Notes: a model not told the origin generated them from the sequence alone. A DNA stretch of 64,000 bases from Eledone cirrhosa (GCA_964016885.1 OZ024747.1:10540001-10604000), one strand, 5' to 3'; shown: positions 41,645-54,691, counted from the stretch's first letter. Program-made: numbers and translations.

Positions 41645-41746
41645 TGTGGTGGTTGACGGCTGAGAGAAAAGAGTATTCAATACCGAAGTAGAGTTTTAAT
41701 ATTCATTTATTAAGTCTAAATAGTGAGTCTTGTTACTCTGGAGTTT
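41645..41746 (-). mobile_element. 3' fragment of fold-back family C between (TA)n tracts
   Basis: atagtgagtcttgttactctggagttt is identical to 16190-16216; the tail carries ttgaatactc. Confidence 0.6.
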
Positions 41747-41766
41747 AAAATAAATAAATATATAAA

Positions 41767-41821
<55 letters not shown>

Positions 41822-43539
41822 TGTGTGTGTGTGCGCTTATATGAAAATTATAATGGTTTTTAATTCAAACACATAACATCGATACCAGTACGTGACTGGT
41901 ACTTAGTGTTATCGACTTCCGAAGGATGAAAGACTAAAGTTGACCTCAGCCTTCTAACAGACACAAAACCAGAAATTTTAGAGGAAGGAACCAATCAAAT
42001 ATATTGACTGCAACTTTCGACTGGTAGTATTATATTATAGACAATGAAGGGATGATAAGCAAAATTGACTCCGGGGGGATTTGAACTCACAATATATAGG
42101 GTCTTTAATAAATACCGCAAGGCATTTTCCCGACGCCCTAATCGTTCTGGTAATCCAGCACCCTGAATAATTTCTAAGAATTGGCACAAAGCCAAAAAAT
42201 TTGGCGGCGGTGGGGGTGGGTGTAAAAATCAGTTATATCGATCTAGTATCGATCCCGGAAGAATGAAAGGCAAAATTGACCTTGGCGGGATTACTAACTT
42301 ACAGCGAAAGAAACTGTAGAATCATTTTGTCCGGCGCTCAAATGCCTCTGTCAAATAATAAAATGATTTTTAAAACAATGATAGAGACGTTGGTTTGCCA
42401 GGGGTTAGCTTGGATAAAGCAGGTTTAATAGACAGATGCATTCCAACCGATACCATTTCTCTGTCTCCATCTGTCTGCGACTATAGTATCTAGTGTCCTT
42501 TTTTATGACGAAATGTGTGATTTGAGTGAGATATGGCTTTTATTTTCCTCCTCATAGATTGAGCGACTGTGTCGATTTTCTCCCACGTTGGTTTGGTAGT
42601 AAAAATGATGGGTTTTAGAGCAGATAAGCCTTCGATGGAGTCTACTCTTTATCACCCCTACAGAATACATCATTTATATTCTCTAATACACCTGACCATT
42701 GTATGATCTTGTAGTAGTTGTTATTTAACCCCAGGTCAACTTTCATAAAGCAGACTTGTGGGTCAAAGGCGCTCCAGTTGTGACCATCCCGTTTTTCTGT
42801 GTGTCTAGAAACTACATTATCTAGTCTATCTGTTGTTGTTTAGCCCAAGGTCAGCCTTTATCGACTAGACCTATGACGAAAAGCATTCCAGCCGTGACCA
42901 TCCCATCTTTTATTCTGATATAGAGTATCTAGAATCACTTTATCCAATGTGTTCCTGTGTTTTGTTTGTTTGAGCCCCCCTCCCCGAAGATGGTAGGGTG
43001 TGGTTTGAGTAAGACTTGACTGCTCTTTCTAGCGTGGAGGTCCTCTTTCGCTGATTCGCTCGCCAAACGATGGTGTTTATCGATATAGTAGGTGATCCTT
43101 TGATTGAGTTTTACTCATTATCAATCACCTCCAGTAAGTTTACACTGTTCCTCCAAAATATACATTATATTTGTGAGGTTCCTAGCAATAATTAGTTATA
43201 TTTATTATATGTGTTTATATTTTCATTCTGAAAAAATTATAAACAATTTGTAATGTTATTATATATTTCGGGGTCGATAGAATAAAGTACCAGTAATGCA
43301 CTGGGTAATTGCTGGCCTTGTGCCAAAAGTAGAAACAATTATATATATAACTGTGAATAACAAAATTTGAAATATTTTATGTACTCTAAACATATATTTT
43401 CACGCATTCTATATTATATAATTTTTTCCTTCGCCAATATCACTTCTGAACGTTGAAGGAAACAATCTTCTCTGTTACGGCAGCAACACTAAATATCTCA
43501 CACTACCTGGATATAGGCTAGATTCTTAAATAGCTTAGT

Positions 43540-43871
43540 TTATTTGCAATTGTATAAACATTACAAATTATTTATAATTCTTACAGAATGAAAATCGGCA
43601 CAAATAATATACACAATACTTAACAAATAAGACAACCATCAATTCACCACTAAGTGTGACAATCGATCGCACATCACAAAGATCAATGGAACACTTTAAG
43701 GCAAGCCAACATGCTGGCAGCATTACCACAGGTGATGGCAAAGCTAAGGTGCTGAAACAACCACGCGCCCTCACCTCGAGCAACAACTGACACCTCAGTA
43801 AGGCGATCCGCCAACGATGACAAGAATTTCGCTGTCAGCGGTCCAACTCCACCAAACATCTCGAACACCAC
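43540..43871 (-). mobile_element. CRE-clade LINE 3' end (RLE C-terminus plus 3' UTR)
   Basis: FEMFGGVGPLTAKFLSSLADRL...WLFQHLSFAITCGNAASML. Confidence 0.75.
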
Positions 43872-44124
43872 AAGGAAAATATACCTATTGTCGAGAATGG
43901 GAAAACATCCGATTAATTATCTGTAACTAGTGAAATTAGAAACGGTTGACAAACGTGTAATGTCATCAGTTGTAGAAACTTGAGACATATCAATATATTT
44001 ATTTATAGAGCCTTCTATAATTTTAGTTTGTTATTCTCATATTAAAAAATTTTTTTTTAGTAATTCCAGTTCACATCAAACAACCCACCTTCCTTTTATT
44101 CGTCGAGATCTGCATCGGAATTTC

Positions 44125-44390
44125 ACAATTGTATAAACATGACAAATTATTTATAATTCTTACAGAATAAAAATAGACACAAATACCACAAAACGACCAT
44201 CAATTCACCACCGAGTGTGACAATCGGTCGCACATCACATCACATCACAAGGGTCAACAGCATATTTTGAGGCAAACCAACAAAGTGTTCCGTTGACCCT
44301 TGAGATGTGATGTGAGGCCGATTGTCACACTCGGTGGTCAATTGATGGTCGTTTTGTTTAATCTTACATATTTGTCAAGTATTGTATATA
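44125..44390. mobile_element. Fold-back pair of CRE 3' UTR copies
   Basis: 44190-44258 is the inverted repeat of 44292-44356; both are homologous to 43630-43690. Confidence 0.7.
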
Positions 44391-45454
44391 TCTAACGTTG
44401 TTTCACAAATTAATTGTGTATGTGTTTGTTGGTATGTTTGCGTGCATGTGTGTGTTGGTATGTATGTGTTTGTGTATGTGTTGGTATGTTTGCAAGTATA
44501 TGTGTGTGTTGGTATGTATGCGTAATATATGTGTATCGGTTATGTATTTTTATGTGTGTGCATCCTTATGTATGTATGAGTGTGTTGGTATGTATATGCG
44601 CATCTCTCTCTCTCTGTATATATGTGTGTGTGTGTGTGTAAGTATACACATGCATATATGGTGATCCTTCGTCTTAGGTAGACGCACCGGAAGCTGTATA
44701 TTTTCCTTGTTTGTTTTTCTATATTTACAAAACAGAGCTCGTTTGTTTCTATTGGAGTTTTACTATTTTTCTTTCGTTTTTGTTACTGCGAACCCGTTAT
44801 TAATTTCATACATTTGGTAAATGTTTACAATTACACCCACCTCGTGTTGGAGGTGGAAGTTGTGTTTTTCCTTTGTTTTTGTTTGTCTTTTGAACGAATC
44901 TGACTTTCAAAACAGTCGGGAATTATTCATTATTTAGTTGAGGTGAGTAGAGTGGTCGCCCTCGGAATTTTCTTTAAAATGATACGGTGAAACTAATGTT
45001 TTTCCTATAGTTTCTGGTTTTCAAAACTGTTGAAAATTATTCATTAAAAAAAAATTTTTTAATTTTTTAGTTAATTAACTCGTGTTTGAAAATGAATATT
45101 ACACTCGTTTTGCTTTGGAGGTTGATTTTTAAAAAAAATTTTTAATGGGTTTTGAAAGAATATGAACTTCAAAACCGTCGCAAATTATTAGTTGTTTTGG
45201 TTTTTTTAAAGTTAACTAGGGCAAAGCAAACCATAAATTTTAACCCCTGGACGTGACGGCTCTAATATTCACCTCCAAACCAGAGAACTCCGAGGGGTAC
45301 CCCATTCCAACCAATTAAAAAAACGAATTGCAGGAGCTGGTGCCAGCTTCAGCATTCGGTAATCAGAAGGGAGGAAGTTGTAAAAGCCAAACTTACTATC
45401 TTCAATTCAGTATTCATGCCATCGCTTACTTATGGTCATGGTCATGTAAGTAAG

Positions 45455-46560
45455 GGTTCCTCAGGGCTCAGTCCTCAGCCTTCTGTTTATTATTGTTTTC
45501 CAGTCCATAACAGAGAAGTTTAGGACTGGCTGTCTTTGGAAACTTCCGTATGCTAATGACCTGGTTCTTATAGCCAAATCTGTGAAAGAGTCTCAGAAAA
45601 AATTCCTATTATGGAAACAGAACTTAGAATCAAAAGGGCTGAGAGTAAACTTAGCAAAATCCAGTTTTAGTAAGAAAGATGACAAGACTATGATTCCATC
45701 AGTGAAATGGCAATATTTGGTATGTAGAGAAAATAGGAACTCAATACAATGTACACAATATAAAATATGGCTATATAAGTTGTTAGAACCTTGAGTAAAA
45801 CACTTTAGTTCACGTTTCTCCAGTTTACTCAGCTGTAGGAATGCAACATCACTGTTGCCAAGCTGTATTGGCCATAGCCTTTCCCTTGGACAACAACAGT
45901 GGCATGGAGAGGGGAGACTGATGGTCTTCCACAAACAACCTTGCCTGGATTTATGCCTCGGAGGGGGAACTTTCTAGGTGCAAATACCATGGTCATTCAT
46001 AACTGAAGGGGATCGTTACTCTTTAAGAGGTTGGATAGGATAGCTGACAGTCTTTTTTTATACAGCAGGTGCACAAGGATAGTTGGTAATAAGAGCACTA
46101 GTGAAATAATCATTTTTTAATCCAAAGAAGATTGCATAGAAGTAGTTGATAGCTTTTGTTACCTGGTTGAGCCAATCAGCAGTTGAAGAAGTTGTTCTAA
46201 AAGTAGCTAGAATAAGAACAAAATGTAAAAAATTCCGGTAGATACCACCATTGTTGGCAACAAAAGTATTTTCTCGCTGAGTGAAAGGCAGATTATATGA
46301 TGCCTGCATGAAAAGTGAGACGTTGCATAGCAATGAAACATGGCTGGTAAATTCAGAGAGTATATGGAGGTTAGAAAGAAATGAAGTGAACATGTTCCAC
46401 TGGATGTATAATTTTAATGTGCACAAATAATGAAGCACATGTGAACTGAGAGAAAAACTGGATGTAAGAGGAATCAGATGTAGTGTGTAGAAAGAGAAGA
46501 CTGCACCGGTATAGACATGTGATGATCGTTGGATGGGGCGGTTAAGGAAAACCTTAGCAG
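45455..46560 (+). mobile_element. Degenerate RTE-clade LINE reverse transcriptase fragment interrupted by a SINE
   Basis: VPQGSVLS-LLFIIV...LPYANDLVLIA (YADD region)...LESKGLRVNLAK, then VVDSFCYL...KGRLYDACM...ETW; in-frame stops present. Confidence 0.85.
45790..46022 (+). mobile_element. CORE-like SINE inserted in the RTE fragment
   Basis: ccttgagtaaaacacttt..ttcacg..ctccagtttactcagctg; related copies at 21775, 38190, 53735 and 58125. Confidence 0.7.
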
Positions 46561-46833
46561 ATGTTGTTGCAAGGGTTGGCTGAAAATTTCATAGGCTGAC
46601 TCTGAAGGAGTGGTGCTAGAGCTGTGAAATTTTGCATGAGGGTGGGCTGAAGTGTTCATAGGCTGACTATATACATGCATACAAAGCTATAATTTTGTAT
46701 CTGTGTGCGCGTGTAATATTACCATAAAATGTTTTTGATTGCAAACATTACACAATTTTTGTCTAAGTTTGGAAAATGTAATGAAAAACATTAACATCAT
46801 ATATCGTTTCAAGGGAGACTGCTAGTCATTATT

Positions 46834-47007
46834 CAGTATCGGTAGAGAGTCGGACACCATGTTTTCCAGCATAGTTACGTCCCTTTACAGTCTGAGTTCA
46901 AATCCCGCCGAGGTTAACTTTGCCTTCCATCCTTACGGAGTCGATAAAATAAAGTACCAGTAATGTACTGGGTATTTGCTGGCCTTGTGCCAAAAGTAGA
47001 AACAATT
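46834..47007 (+). mobile_element. tRNA-derived SINE
   Basis: Same family as 14599. Confidence 0.85.
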
Positions 47008-47727
47008 ATTTTACATTCTCCTGATTACCTCCCTTAGTGCGTAGACTGATGGTGTGTCTTGGAATTCACATGTAACTCTCACACTCCCTTACAAAATTAA
47101 AGACTTTCTCCCACCTTCACTCCCTATACTACTCTGTATCTATCTATCGTCCACCCTTCCTATGTAGTAAAAGTCCGATAAATCTTTTTTAAAGGCGGTA
47201 CTGAGTGGCAAAGCCTGTTGAAAGGTAGACACGCTTACTGCTGGCCACATACTTTTGCAGTTGTCTTACAAGGAAAAGGCCATCTCATCTGGCTTAATTC
47301 AGTGGGACTTACAGATGAGGTGATGAGGTGATAAACAGCCAAGATGAGTAACATTATGATGCAAGACAGACGTGTTTAGCCCCCCCCCCCCCAATTTTAA
47401 AATGATGATGCCAGCAATATTAACACTTTCATCACCACATTTCTAATAATAGACATTGCCTCTAATTTTTAAATCTTTTTGAAAATAATCAAGAATTATT
47501 ATGATGAGAGGATTTGAAATAAATATAAACACTTTAAAATACACTGCTTTGATTTGTAGAACCAGGGTTGGTTTTGGATGGTCTGGTATTAAAAAGGGTT
47601 AAGAAAATACAGAACCTGCAAAACATTACAAATAAGTAGTTTCACTATTGAGTGAGATAGATGGTCACTTGATCTGTTAGAAATAGGAGTAAAATCTCCC
47701 TCCAATCATATCTTACTACTATTATTT

Positions 47728-47911
47728 GGATTGGCAGCATCGGTAGAGGGTCGGACGCCATGATTTGACGCATAGAGTTACGGTCCTTGCCATTCTGAAT
47801 TCAAATCCTGCCAAGGTTAACTTTGCCTTTCATCCTTACGGGGTCGATAAAATAAAGTACCAGTAATGCACTGGGTAATTTGCTGGCCTTGTGCCAAAAG
47901 TAGAAACAATT
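47728..47911 (+). mobile_element. tRNA-derived SINE
   Basis: Same family as 14599. Confidence 0.85.
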
Positions 47912-48784
47912 ATTAAAGAAAAAAAAGGCTATTTTGAATATTGTAGAATAGAGTGTCTGAATGAAAGATGAGATCACAACTGGAACAGTTTTGATCATTG
48001 GTATGCTGGATCAGGACTGACTTGAGACTAAAGATCAACTAACAAGCAAACAAGTTAATCTTCTTTATCATAGACAAATCATAGAACTAATGATAGAATA
48101 TAAGATCTGGACACACAAGTCAACAGTGTATATCTTCTTATTGATGATTCAAATCCTTAACAGCCGTCTTTGAGAAATGAAGAATAAACAAAAGAAGCTG
48201 GTATGATGTAGATAACAAATTTAATCTGAAAGACATTTTTCTCTTTTACAACCTTTCTTTTGAAAACCCCTCGTCTACACTTTGATAAAGGAATTTTCCA
48301 AAGAAAGAACCTGAATTTCAACAGCAATAACCTCACATATCCCAAATTCTTTTACCAAATAGTCCAGGCAAACTATTGTATTTTGTTTCTAAAAACCTAA
48401 AAAATAAATAAATAAAAACTATTATATTTTGGAAAAAAATAAATACAAACATGATCAATATAATTATTGATTCCACTGTAAATCCGTGGAAGCTGGTTCA
48501 ATATTGGATGACATCGGGGAATTAATTTCTGTTCTTAAGTGAGCCATCTTAACTCTTCTTATTCCAGTTGGTCTGTATAAACAACAGACTCTGACCCTTA
48601 TTTCACAGTTGAATAAAATATCAACTACATATAAATATATAAAGACCATTTATGATAGCATGGAAAATGGATGTAAAATAGTATATATATATATATATAT
48701 ATATATATCAATAAATAAAGGCAAAATGTTTTCGTCAATCAAGTTGATATAGCAGGTCACTGGATCACTTCCAGTATCATATCT

Positions 48785-48962
48785 ATCCTTTCATTACCAT
48801 ATTTCTAAAAAATGACACTGCCTATGTCTTTAACACTTTCATTACCATATTTCTAATGAAAGACACTGTTTAATTCATTAACCCTTTCATTACCATCTTT
48901 CTAATGAAAGACACTGCCTATGTCATTAACTCTTTTGTTACCATATTTCTATTGAAAGATAC
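48785..48962 (+). repeat. 48-bp minisatellite, about 4 copies, same unit as 14944-15534
   Basis: ctttcattaccatatttctaatgaaagacactg repeats. Confidence 0.85.
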
Positions 48963-49765
48963 TGCTCGTGTGTTTCAAATAATTTTGAAAATAACCAAGA
49001 ATTTAGATGGATTTAATAAAATACCTAAAAACTAAAAAAAACTAAGCCATCACTTGTTATTGAGAATAACCTGGTAGTATGTAGCATGTTTTATGTTAAG
49101 ATACAGATACCTTCTCTTTGATTCAGCAGAACATCCAAGATATGATAACTTGGAAGGAGAGAGGGTTTCACCAGACTTAGGCTTTATTAACCCCCAAAAG
49201 AATAAAAGGTAAAGTGGTAGAGTCCAGCTGGATTTGAACTCAGAATATAGAAACGACATTCTAACGACTCAAGAAAGTAGACAGCCTTAATAAAATACCT
49301 AACTTTCTCATTATTAAACTAGTTAATGGAACATAACTTAACAAAGGTTCTTATAGACTTTCTCTTGATTAGGAGTGGTCCCTGCTGGTTGGTATTGAAA
49401 GGGTTAACACCGATTTTATTGATATTGGATTGACGATTGATGTAGGTAACATAAGGACTAAGAAATAAAAAAAAATAAACAGAGTAAACTAAGAACTGTA
49501 ATACATAGTAATACAGTTGGGTATTATCATCATCATCATCACCGTTTAATGTCCATCAGTAGAAATTGTAGTGCTTTATCTTTGGTAAATGTCTACAAAA
49601 ATAGCATTAGAAACCCATACACACATACACTACACTACAGAAGTAAAGATCGAGGTTTTAGTCCCAATGTCACATCAGACAGGACTACATTGCTGGAAAT
49701 ATTCTGTAAGGTTTAACAAGTCTTTGAAATGTGTGTCTAGTCTCTGTAGTGGAATTGGTTTTATA

Positions 49766-49864
49766 TCACAAACCCAGTTTAGCTTTTCTAATTCCTTCTC
49801 GATCTTCAACTGAAGGAAGATATGGGGTAATCCCTGCTCGTTTTCGCTCCCTGGTGATGTTTGA
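49766..49864 (-). CDS. CHCHD7: CHCHD7 (COX23-like) exon 3, terminal: SNITRERKRAGITPYLPSVEDREGIRKAKLGL*
   Basis: Pyrimidine-tract acceptor tcttcacag, phase 0, TGA stop; resembles the CHCHD7 C-terminus (RRxxGxxPxxP...ER). Confidence 0.9.
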   Translation of the reverse strand, partial: SNITRERKRAGITPYLPSVEDREGIRKAKLGL

Positions 49865-49967
49865 CTGTGAAGAGGAAGAGAAAGAAAAAATATGTTTAAC
49901 AAGGGGTTTATCATTCTTCTTGAATATAGAAAATTGCTGGGGGGGGGGGGGCTGCATACATGTATAT

Positions 49968-50422
49968 ACCTGTAAAGTGGTACTGCTGGGGCCATGATAA
50001 AAAGAACCCAGTCCTCTCTATAAAATGGTAGTGCTGGGACCATGATAAAAAGTACCCAGTCCTCTCTGTAAAGTGGTAGTGCTGGTGCCATGATAAAAAG
50101 TACCCAGTCCTCTCTGTAAAGTGGTAGTGTTGGGACCATGATAAAAAGTACCCAGTCCTCTCTGTAAAGTGGTAGTGCTGGTGCCACAACAAAAAGCATT
50201 TAGTCCACTCTGTAAGGTGGTAGTGCCAGAGTCATGATAAAATACTTCCACTACATGCTGTAAAGTGTTTGGCATTAGGAAAGGCATCCAGTCATAGAAA
50301 CCAAGCCGAAAATGGAGTGTACAAGCAAGGAGATAGTTACATGACCAATCTAACCTCAGTATGTGACAGACTGCCTAACCCATACAAACATGGAAAATAG
50401 ATGTTAAACGATGATGATGATG
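49968..50422 (+). repeat. 48-bp tandem repeat (about 6 copies) continuing into an RTE-tail SINE in CHCHD7 intron 2
   Basis: aaaagtacccagtcctctctgtaaagtggtagtgctggtgccatgat is a reverse-complement homologue of the 17025 unit; followed by ggcattaggaaaggcatccag...aaacgatgatgat. Confidence 0.8.
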
Positions 50423-50444
50423 AAATCAAGAAATAGAAACTCAC

Positions 50445-50543
50445 CCAAAATTCTCGACAGTTGCGATAGTTTGTGAAATATTTTTCACAATTGTCACGTA
50501 TGTATCCATTGTCATCAAGACATTTAATAGACATCAAGGATTC
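50445..50543 (-). CDS. CHCHD7: CHCHD7 exon 2: ESLMSIKCLDDNGYIRDNCEKYFTNYRNCREFW
   Basis: ttcacag acceptor and GTGAG donor, 99 nt, phase 0. Completes the twin CX9C (C-IKESLMSIK-C, C-EKYFTNYRN-C) with the CLDxNxY and CxxFW motifs of CHCHD7/Cox23. Confidence 0.95.
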
Positions 50544-50928
50544 CTGTGAAATAAAAACAGAATTTCAAACAGGAAATATTACAACACTCCTACTACAACA
50601 CACTAAAAACTTTAACCCAGTCAGTTAGTTTCTACAATATCCTAACAGAATCTCTTTCAGTCAATCCAGACACATCTACATCACCATCTTTCTCAGTCCA
50701 GTGGTCTTTACCTATCATAATATATATTGTGGAAGAACAGTGGGAGGTTATATCCATAGTAAGTAGAGCACTCAATCCATAGGACGAGTTTGGTATAAAG
50801 TTAGTTCCACAACTGTTTTTTCAGCTATGAGCCATCATTCAAGTTGAAAATCCGCAAGGTGAAACATGTCCTCAAAGATGGTTTGCTAACTCTTGTGGAA
50901 CTAACTAACTCTCTCTCTATATATATAT

Positions 50929-50988
<60 letters not shown>

Positions 50989-51260
50989 CAAACCTGCCAA
51001 TTTTACATATCAAAGTTAGCTTGGCACAAGTAATTGGAATAGATAAGTTATACATACAGGTATTAAATTAAAAAAATTCTAACTATCCTAAAACTAAAAA
51101 GCCCAGCTGAGGTCACAAATAAATTGCTACAGCTGTCACTGGGGCCTGGGGCAATTGCCCAACCCCAATTTCTTATAAAGTTCCAGGGAAGCATTATAAC
51201 CCGATATGATAAACACCAAAAGTACATACACACAAAAATAATATCAAACTCACCAGCCCC

Positions 51261-52605
51261 AAATAGCTATCGTCTCTCCATTAAACTATACACAACCGTT
51301 TTGGTGTATTCTCTTTACTCTGTAAATATATCGTCCTGGCTGGGTAGTCTTTGATCACATAACTGCGATCAAAGACTATCCAGCCATCAATAACTCATCA
51401 ATAACTAATCGAACGAATAAGAGCAGACTCTACACAGTAACTCGACGTGCTAGAAATGGTAGCTAAAACTCCTACAAATCACACACACTTAACATCTTCG
51501 AAAAGAAAGGAGACATTAGATACACTACATTGATGATAGGATGGGATGGTCATGGTTGTAACGCCTTTCACCATATATTTGTTTACTATATCAAGACCGG
51601 TCACCTCCTTTAATTTTCGATGGTAAGAAATCTATGGAATATCAGATCAAATTATTAACCCTTGGATTAAAGGTAATAACGTATAAAAATAATATTTTGT
51701 ATGACCTTATAAGAGTTTATAGTGGCACGAATATAATTAATCTTAACTTCACAACAAAATACAATAATTAATAATTGTTTTGGCAGAAGTGTTCTAGGAC
51801 ATTATTTTAAATGAAAAATATAATTCACAGTTGTATAAATAACATAATAAATTGTTTATATATCTTACAGAAAGAAAATATAAACACATATAATAAATAC
51901 AATTAATTATTGCTAGGAACTTCACAAATATAAACACACCAAAATATTCGATCAAAGTGAGAAAGGGGGTGACCGGTCCTAATATAGTAAGCAGATAAAT
52001 GGTGAAAGGCGTTACAACCGTTACCATCTCATCCTATAATCAATATAGTGTATCTAGTGTGTCCTTTCTTTTCGAAGATGCTAAGTGTGTGTGATTTGTA
52101 GGAGTTTTAGCTGCTATTTCTAGCACGCTGAGTTACCGTGTAGAGGCTGCTCTTATGCGTTCGATTAGTTATCGATGAACTAACCGTGAACGCTGTACCA
52201 GACGTGGTGTGGTAAATAAATATATACATATATATATTAGGTCTGAACATAAGGGAATCAAAGTCCCATTATCACTGCCCCCGTCTCTCTCGCTCTCCAC
52301 AACTCTCACTATTATGAGCAAATGAGGGACTACGCGCTAGCCCGCCCCGGCAGACAGAAGGCGTTTCTCCAGAGAATGGTAAGGAAGACGCGTTAGAAGA
52401 TCCATTCCGGCTTGCGAGGCTCACACCTGCGAGTAGCCAACTCTGTGCCGATGGTGGTGAGTAGGGATGTGATCCTAGGGCCAAGGACACCAGAAGTCTC
52501 CACAGCTATGATCACAGATATTCCAGCCAGGGCGATATATTTCCAGAGTAAATAGAATACACCAAAACTGTAGAGTATAGTTTAATGGAGAGACGATACT
52601 TATTT
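51261..52605. repeat. Large imperfect inverted duplication in CHCHD7 intron 1
   Basis: 51396-51620 pairs with 51950-52178 and 51261-51352 pairs with 52508-52605; a CRE fragment interrupts the right arm. Confidence 0.8.
52205..52505 (-). mobile_element. CRE-clade LINE 3' end fragment
   Basis: Homologous to 1490-1650 (SGVLGPR...IGTELATRRCEP) and shares its 3' UTR with 56697. Confidence 0.75.
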
Positions 52606-52850
52606 CTACCGGTTCGATAAGAAATATTGTTTTTGTTTTGTTTTTTTCCACTAATCTGACCTCTGACATCCTCACATTCGACTCCTCCCCCTCCCCCCGA
52701 AAACGGAAGGTAGGGTGGGGGTTCTTTCTGATTTTTGCAGCTTCGCACGAAAAAAAAAAAAAAAAGTTTTCTATAAATTTACCGCAAAAGTTCCATCGGT
52801 GACCCGAGGATCAAATAGTTGTTGTGTGAAGGAAATTAAAAGAAACTTAC

Positions 52851-52985
52851 TTTGATACAAGGGTTTGTGTCTTCGTTATGGGCTTTAGAGTATTGTTTCT
52901 GTCTATTACTTTTCTTCTCATGGCTTAATTTCATTAAATTACTAAGTTCTGTTTTCAGACCTTCTTCCTCTTTTGGTAATGACAT
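52851..52985 (-). CDS. CHCHD7: CHCHD7 exon 1 (coding): MSLPKEEEGLKTELSNLMKLSHEKKSNRQKQYSKAHNEDTNPCIK
   Basis: ATG at 52985, 135 nt open, perfect GTAAGT donor; DxNPC motif supplies the first Cys. The alternative in-frame Met18 start cannot be excluded. Confidence 0.88.
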
Positions 52986-53539
52986 TGGAACGAAGTATTT
53001 ATTTGCTACAATTTCTTTCTTACGTAAAGTCAGTCAACACCGCCGCCAACTACATTAAGCGGTGTTTCTTTTATTATTTCCACAACTGAAGATGTTCCGA
53101 AACCTTCAAATGTACAAATGCATACAAGAATGTAGAAAACGAAGGGAATTCCCTCTTTATTCCATGTTTTCACTTGTGAAAATAATCAAGTACTTTAAAT
53201 TTGTTTTAAGTAATCACACACATATATATAACAAATACAAAAACGAAGTGTGTGTATATATATATATATATATTAGAAAATAGAATAGCTTTCACCGTAT
53301 TTTGACTAAAGGAATTTTAGCTTGATAATGGGGTTTAGAACCCTCAGATAAATGGAAAAAGATGAGTATTGACGTACATATATATATATATATTGTTATG
53401 CTTTGGGAGGGTCATGTTGCCAATAAGAAACACACGCACCAGTTGCTTTCACTTCAATTTATTATAAATTAAATTTATAAATTTCGGGTTTCAACACACG
53501 TTTTCAGATAAAGAATCTTGCTAAACAAATTCATAAACG

Positions 53540-53575
<36 letters not shown>

Positions 53576-53734
53576 ACAAATCTCTCTATACATACACTAC
53601 GTTTTTCTATTTGTTATATATATATATATATATATATATATCTGTTTGACGAACGATCCAGACGTATATTATTATCGTCTGTGATCCAGAAACCTTTGGT
53701 AATGGAGTAGTTAGATTTTGTGTCTCCCATCACA

Positions 53735-53956
53735 GTCTCCCCTCTTCACGCGACCGATGATGTCCAAGGAAAAGACTATGGCCGATACAGCTTGGTACCA
53801 GTAACGTCGCAGCTCATTTCTTCAGCTAAGTAAACTGGAGCAACGTGAAATAAAATGTCTTGCTCAGGGACACAACGCATCACCCGGTCCGAGAATCGAA
53901 CTCACAACTTTTCGATTGCAAGCCCAATGCTCTAACCACTAAGCCATGCGCCTTCA
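53735..53956 (-). mobile_element. CORE-like tRNA SINE
   Basis: tRNA-like head (gaaggcgcatggcttagtggttagagc...gagttcgattc on minus) plus CORE-like segment. Confidence 0.8.
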
Positions 53957-54004
53957 CTCACTCTCTCTCTCACACACACACACATATATATATATCTAGG
54001 GCGG

Positions 54005-54358
54005 CTAAAATTCTCGAGATCCATAGACGAGTTCTCTCCAGCGGTCTCTGTCCCTCATTATCGCTGCCATGTCATGCGTCTCCAAGACACCAGTCTCCGT
54101 CCTTAGGGCATCAACATATGTTAACCTCGGTCTTCCTCTTCCAGTGTGTCCATGCAGGGGCTCCCACAGGACCACTGAGTGCAGTGTCAACTCTGGATGT
54201 TGGTGTGCATGTCCAGCTAACCTCAGTCTCCTCTGTGTTACGTTCGAGCTGACTTTTGGGAGGCTCCCGTACAGCTCTGAGTTCTTCATCCTCAGTGTAT
54301 ACTGATTAATGTTCAGAGCCATCCTCAGCATTCTCGAGCAGCACCCATCCACCATCTG
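54005..54358 (-). mobile_element. RTE-group (RTE-X-like) LINE ORF 3' end
   Basis: RMLRMALNI...RRLRLAGH...VLWEPLHGHTGRGRPRLTYVDAL...DRDRWR, a typical post-RT C-terminus. Confidence 0.8.
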
Positions 54359-54432
54359 ATATAAATATATAGCACTATTATTATATAAATATTCACACAC
54401 ACAGATATATGTACACACACACACAGATATAT

Positions 54433-54493
<61 letters not shown>

Positions 54494-54691
54494 CGTAAAT
54501 TGTGATCAGGTTAAATCCCTGCAAATATTCTATTTCTGCGCTCCATTAAACTGCCAAGATTACAGAGAGAATATATGTTATTAATAAATACAAACTCAAG
54601 GGTTTTGTTTCAGTTTATTTCAGCAAATGTTGAAATACAGGTTTAGGTTTTCTGTTTGAATATCCTGAAAAAGAGAACAAACATATAAGAG

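Noticed and set aside
48157-48400. Minus-strand acceptor and candidate extra CHCHD7 exon
   Set aside because: Early stops in all frames after the acceptor; the CDS already terminates at 49766.
53062-53283. Divergent plus-strand ORF head-to-head with CHCHD7
   Set aside because: No recognisable protein, weak splice signals, and it ends in a TA repeat.
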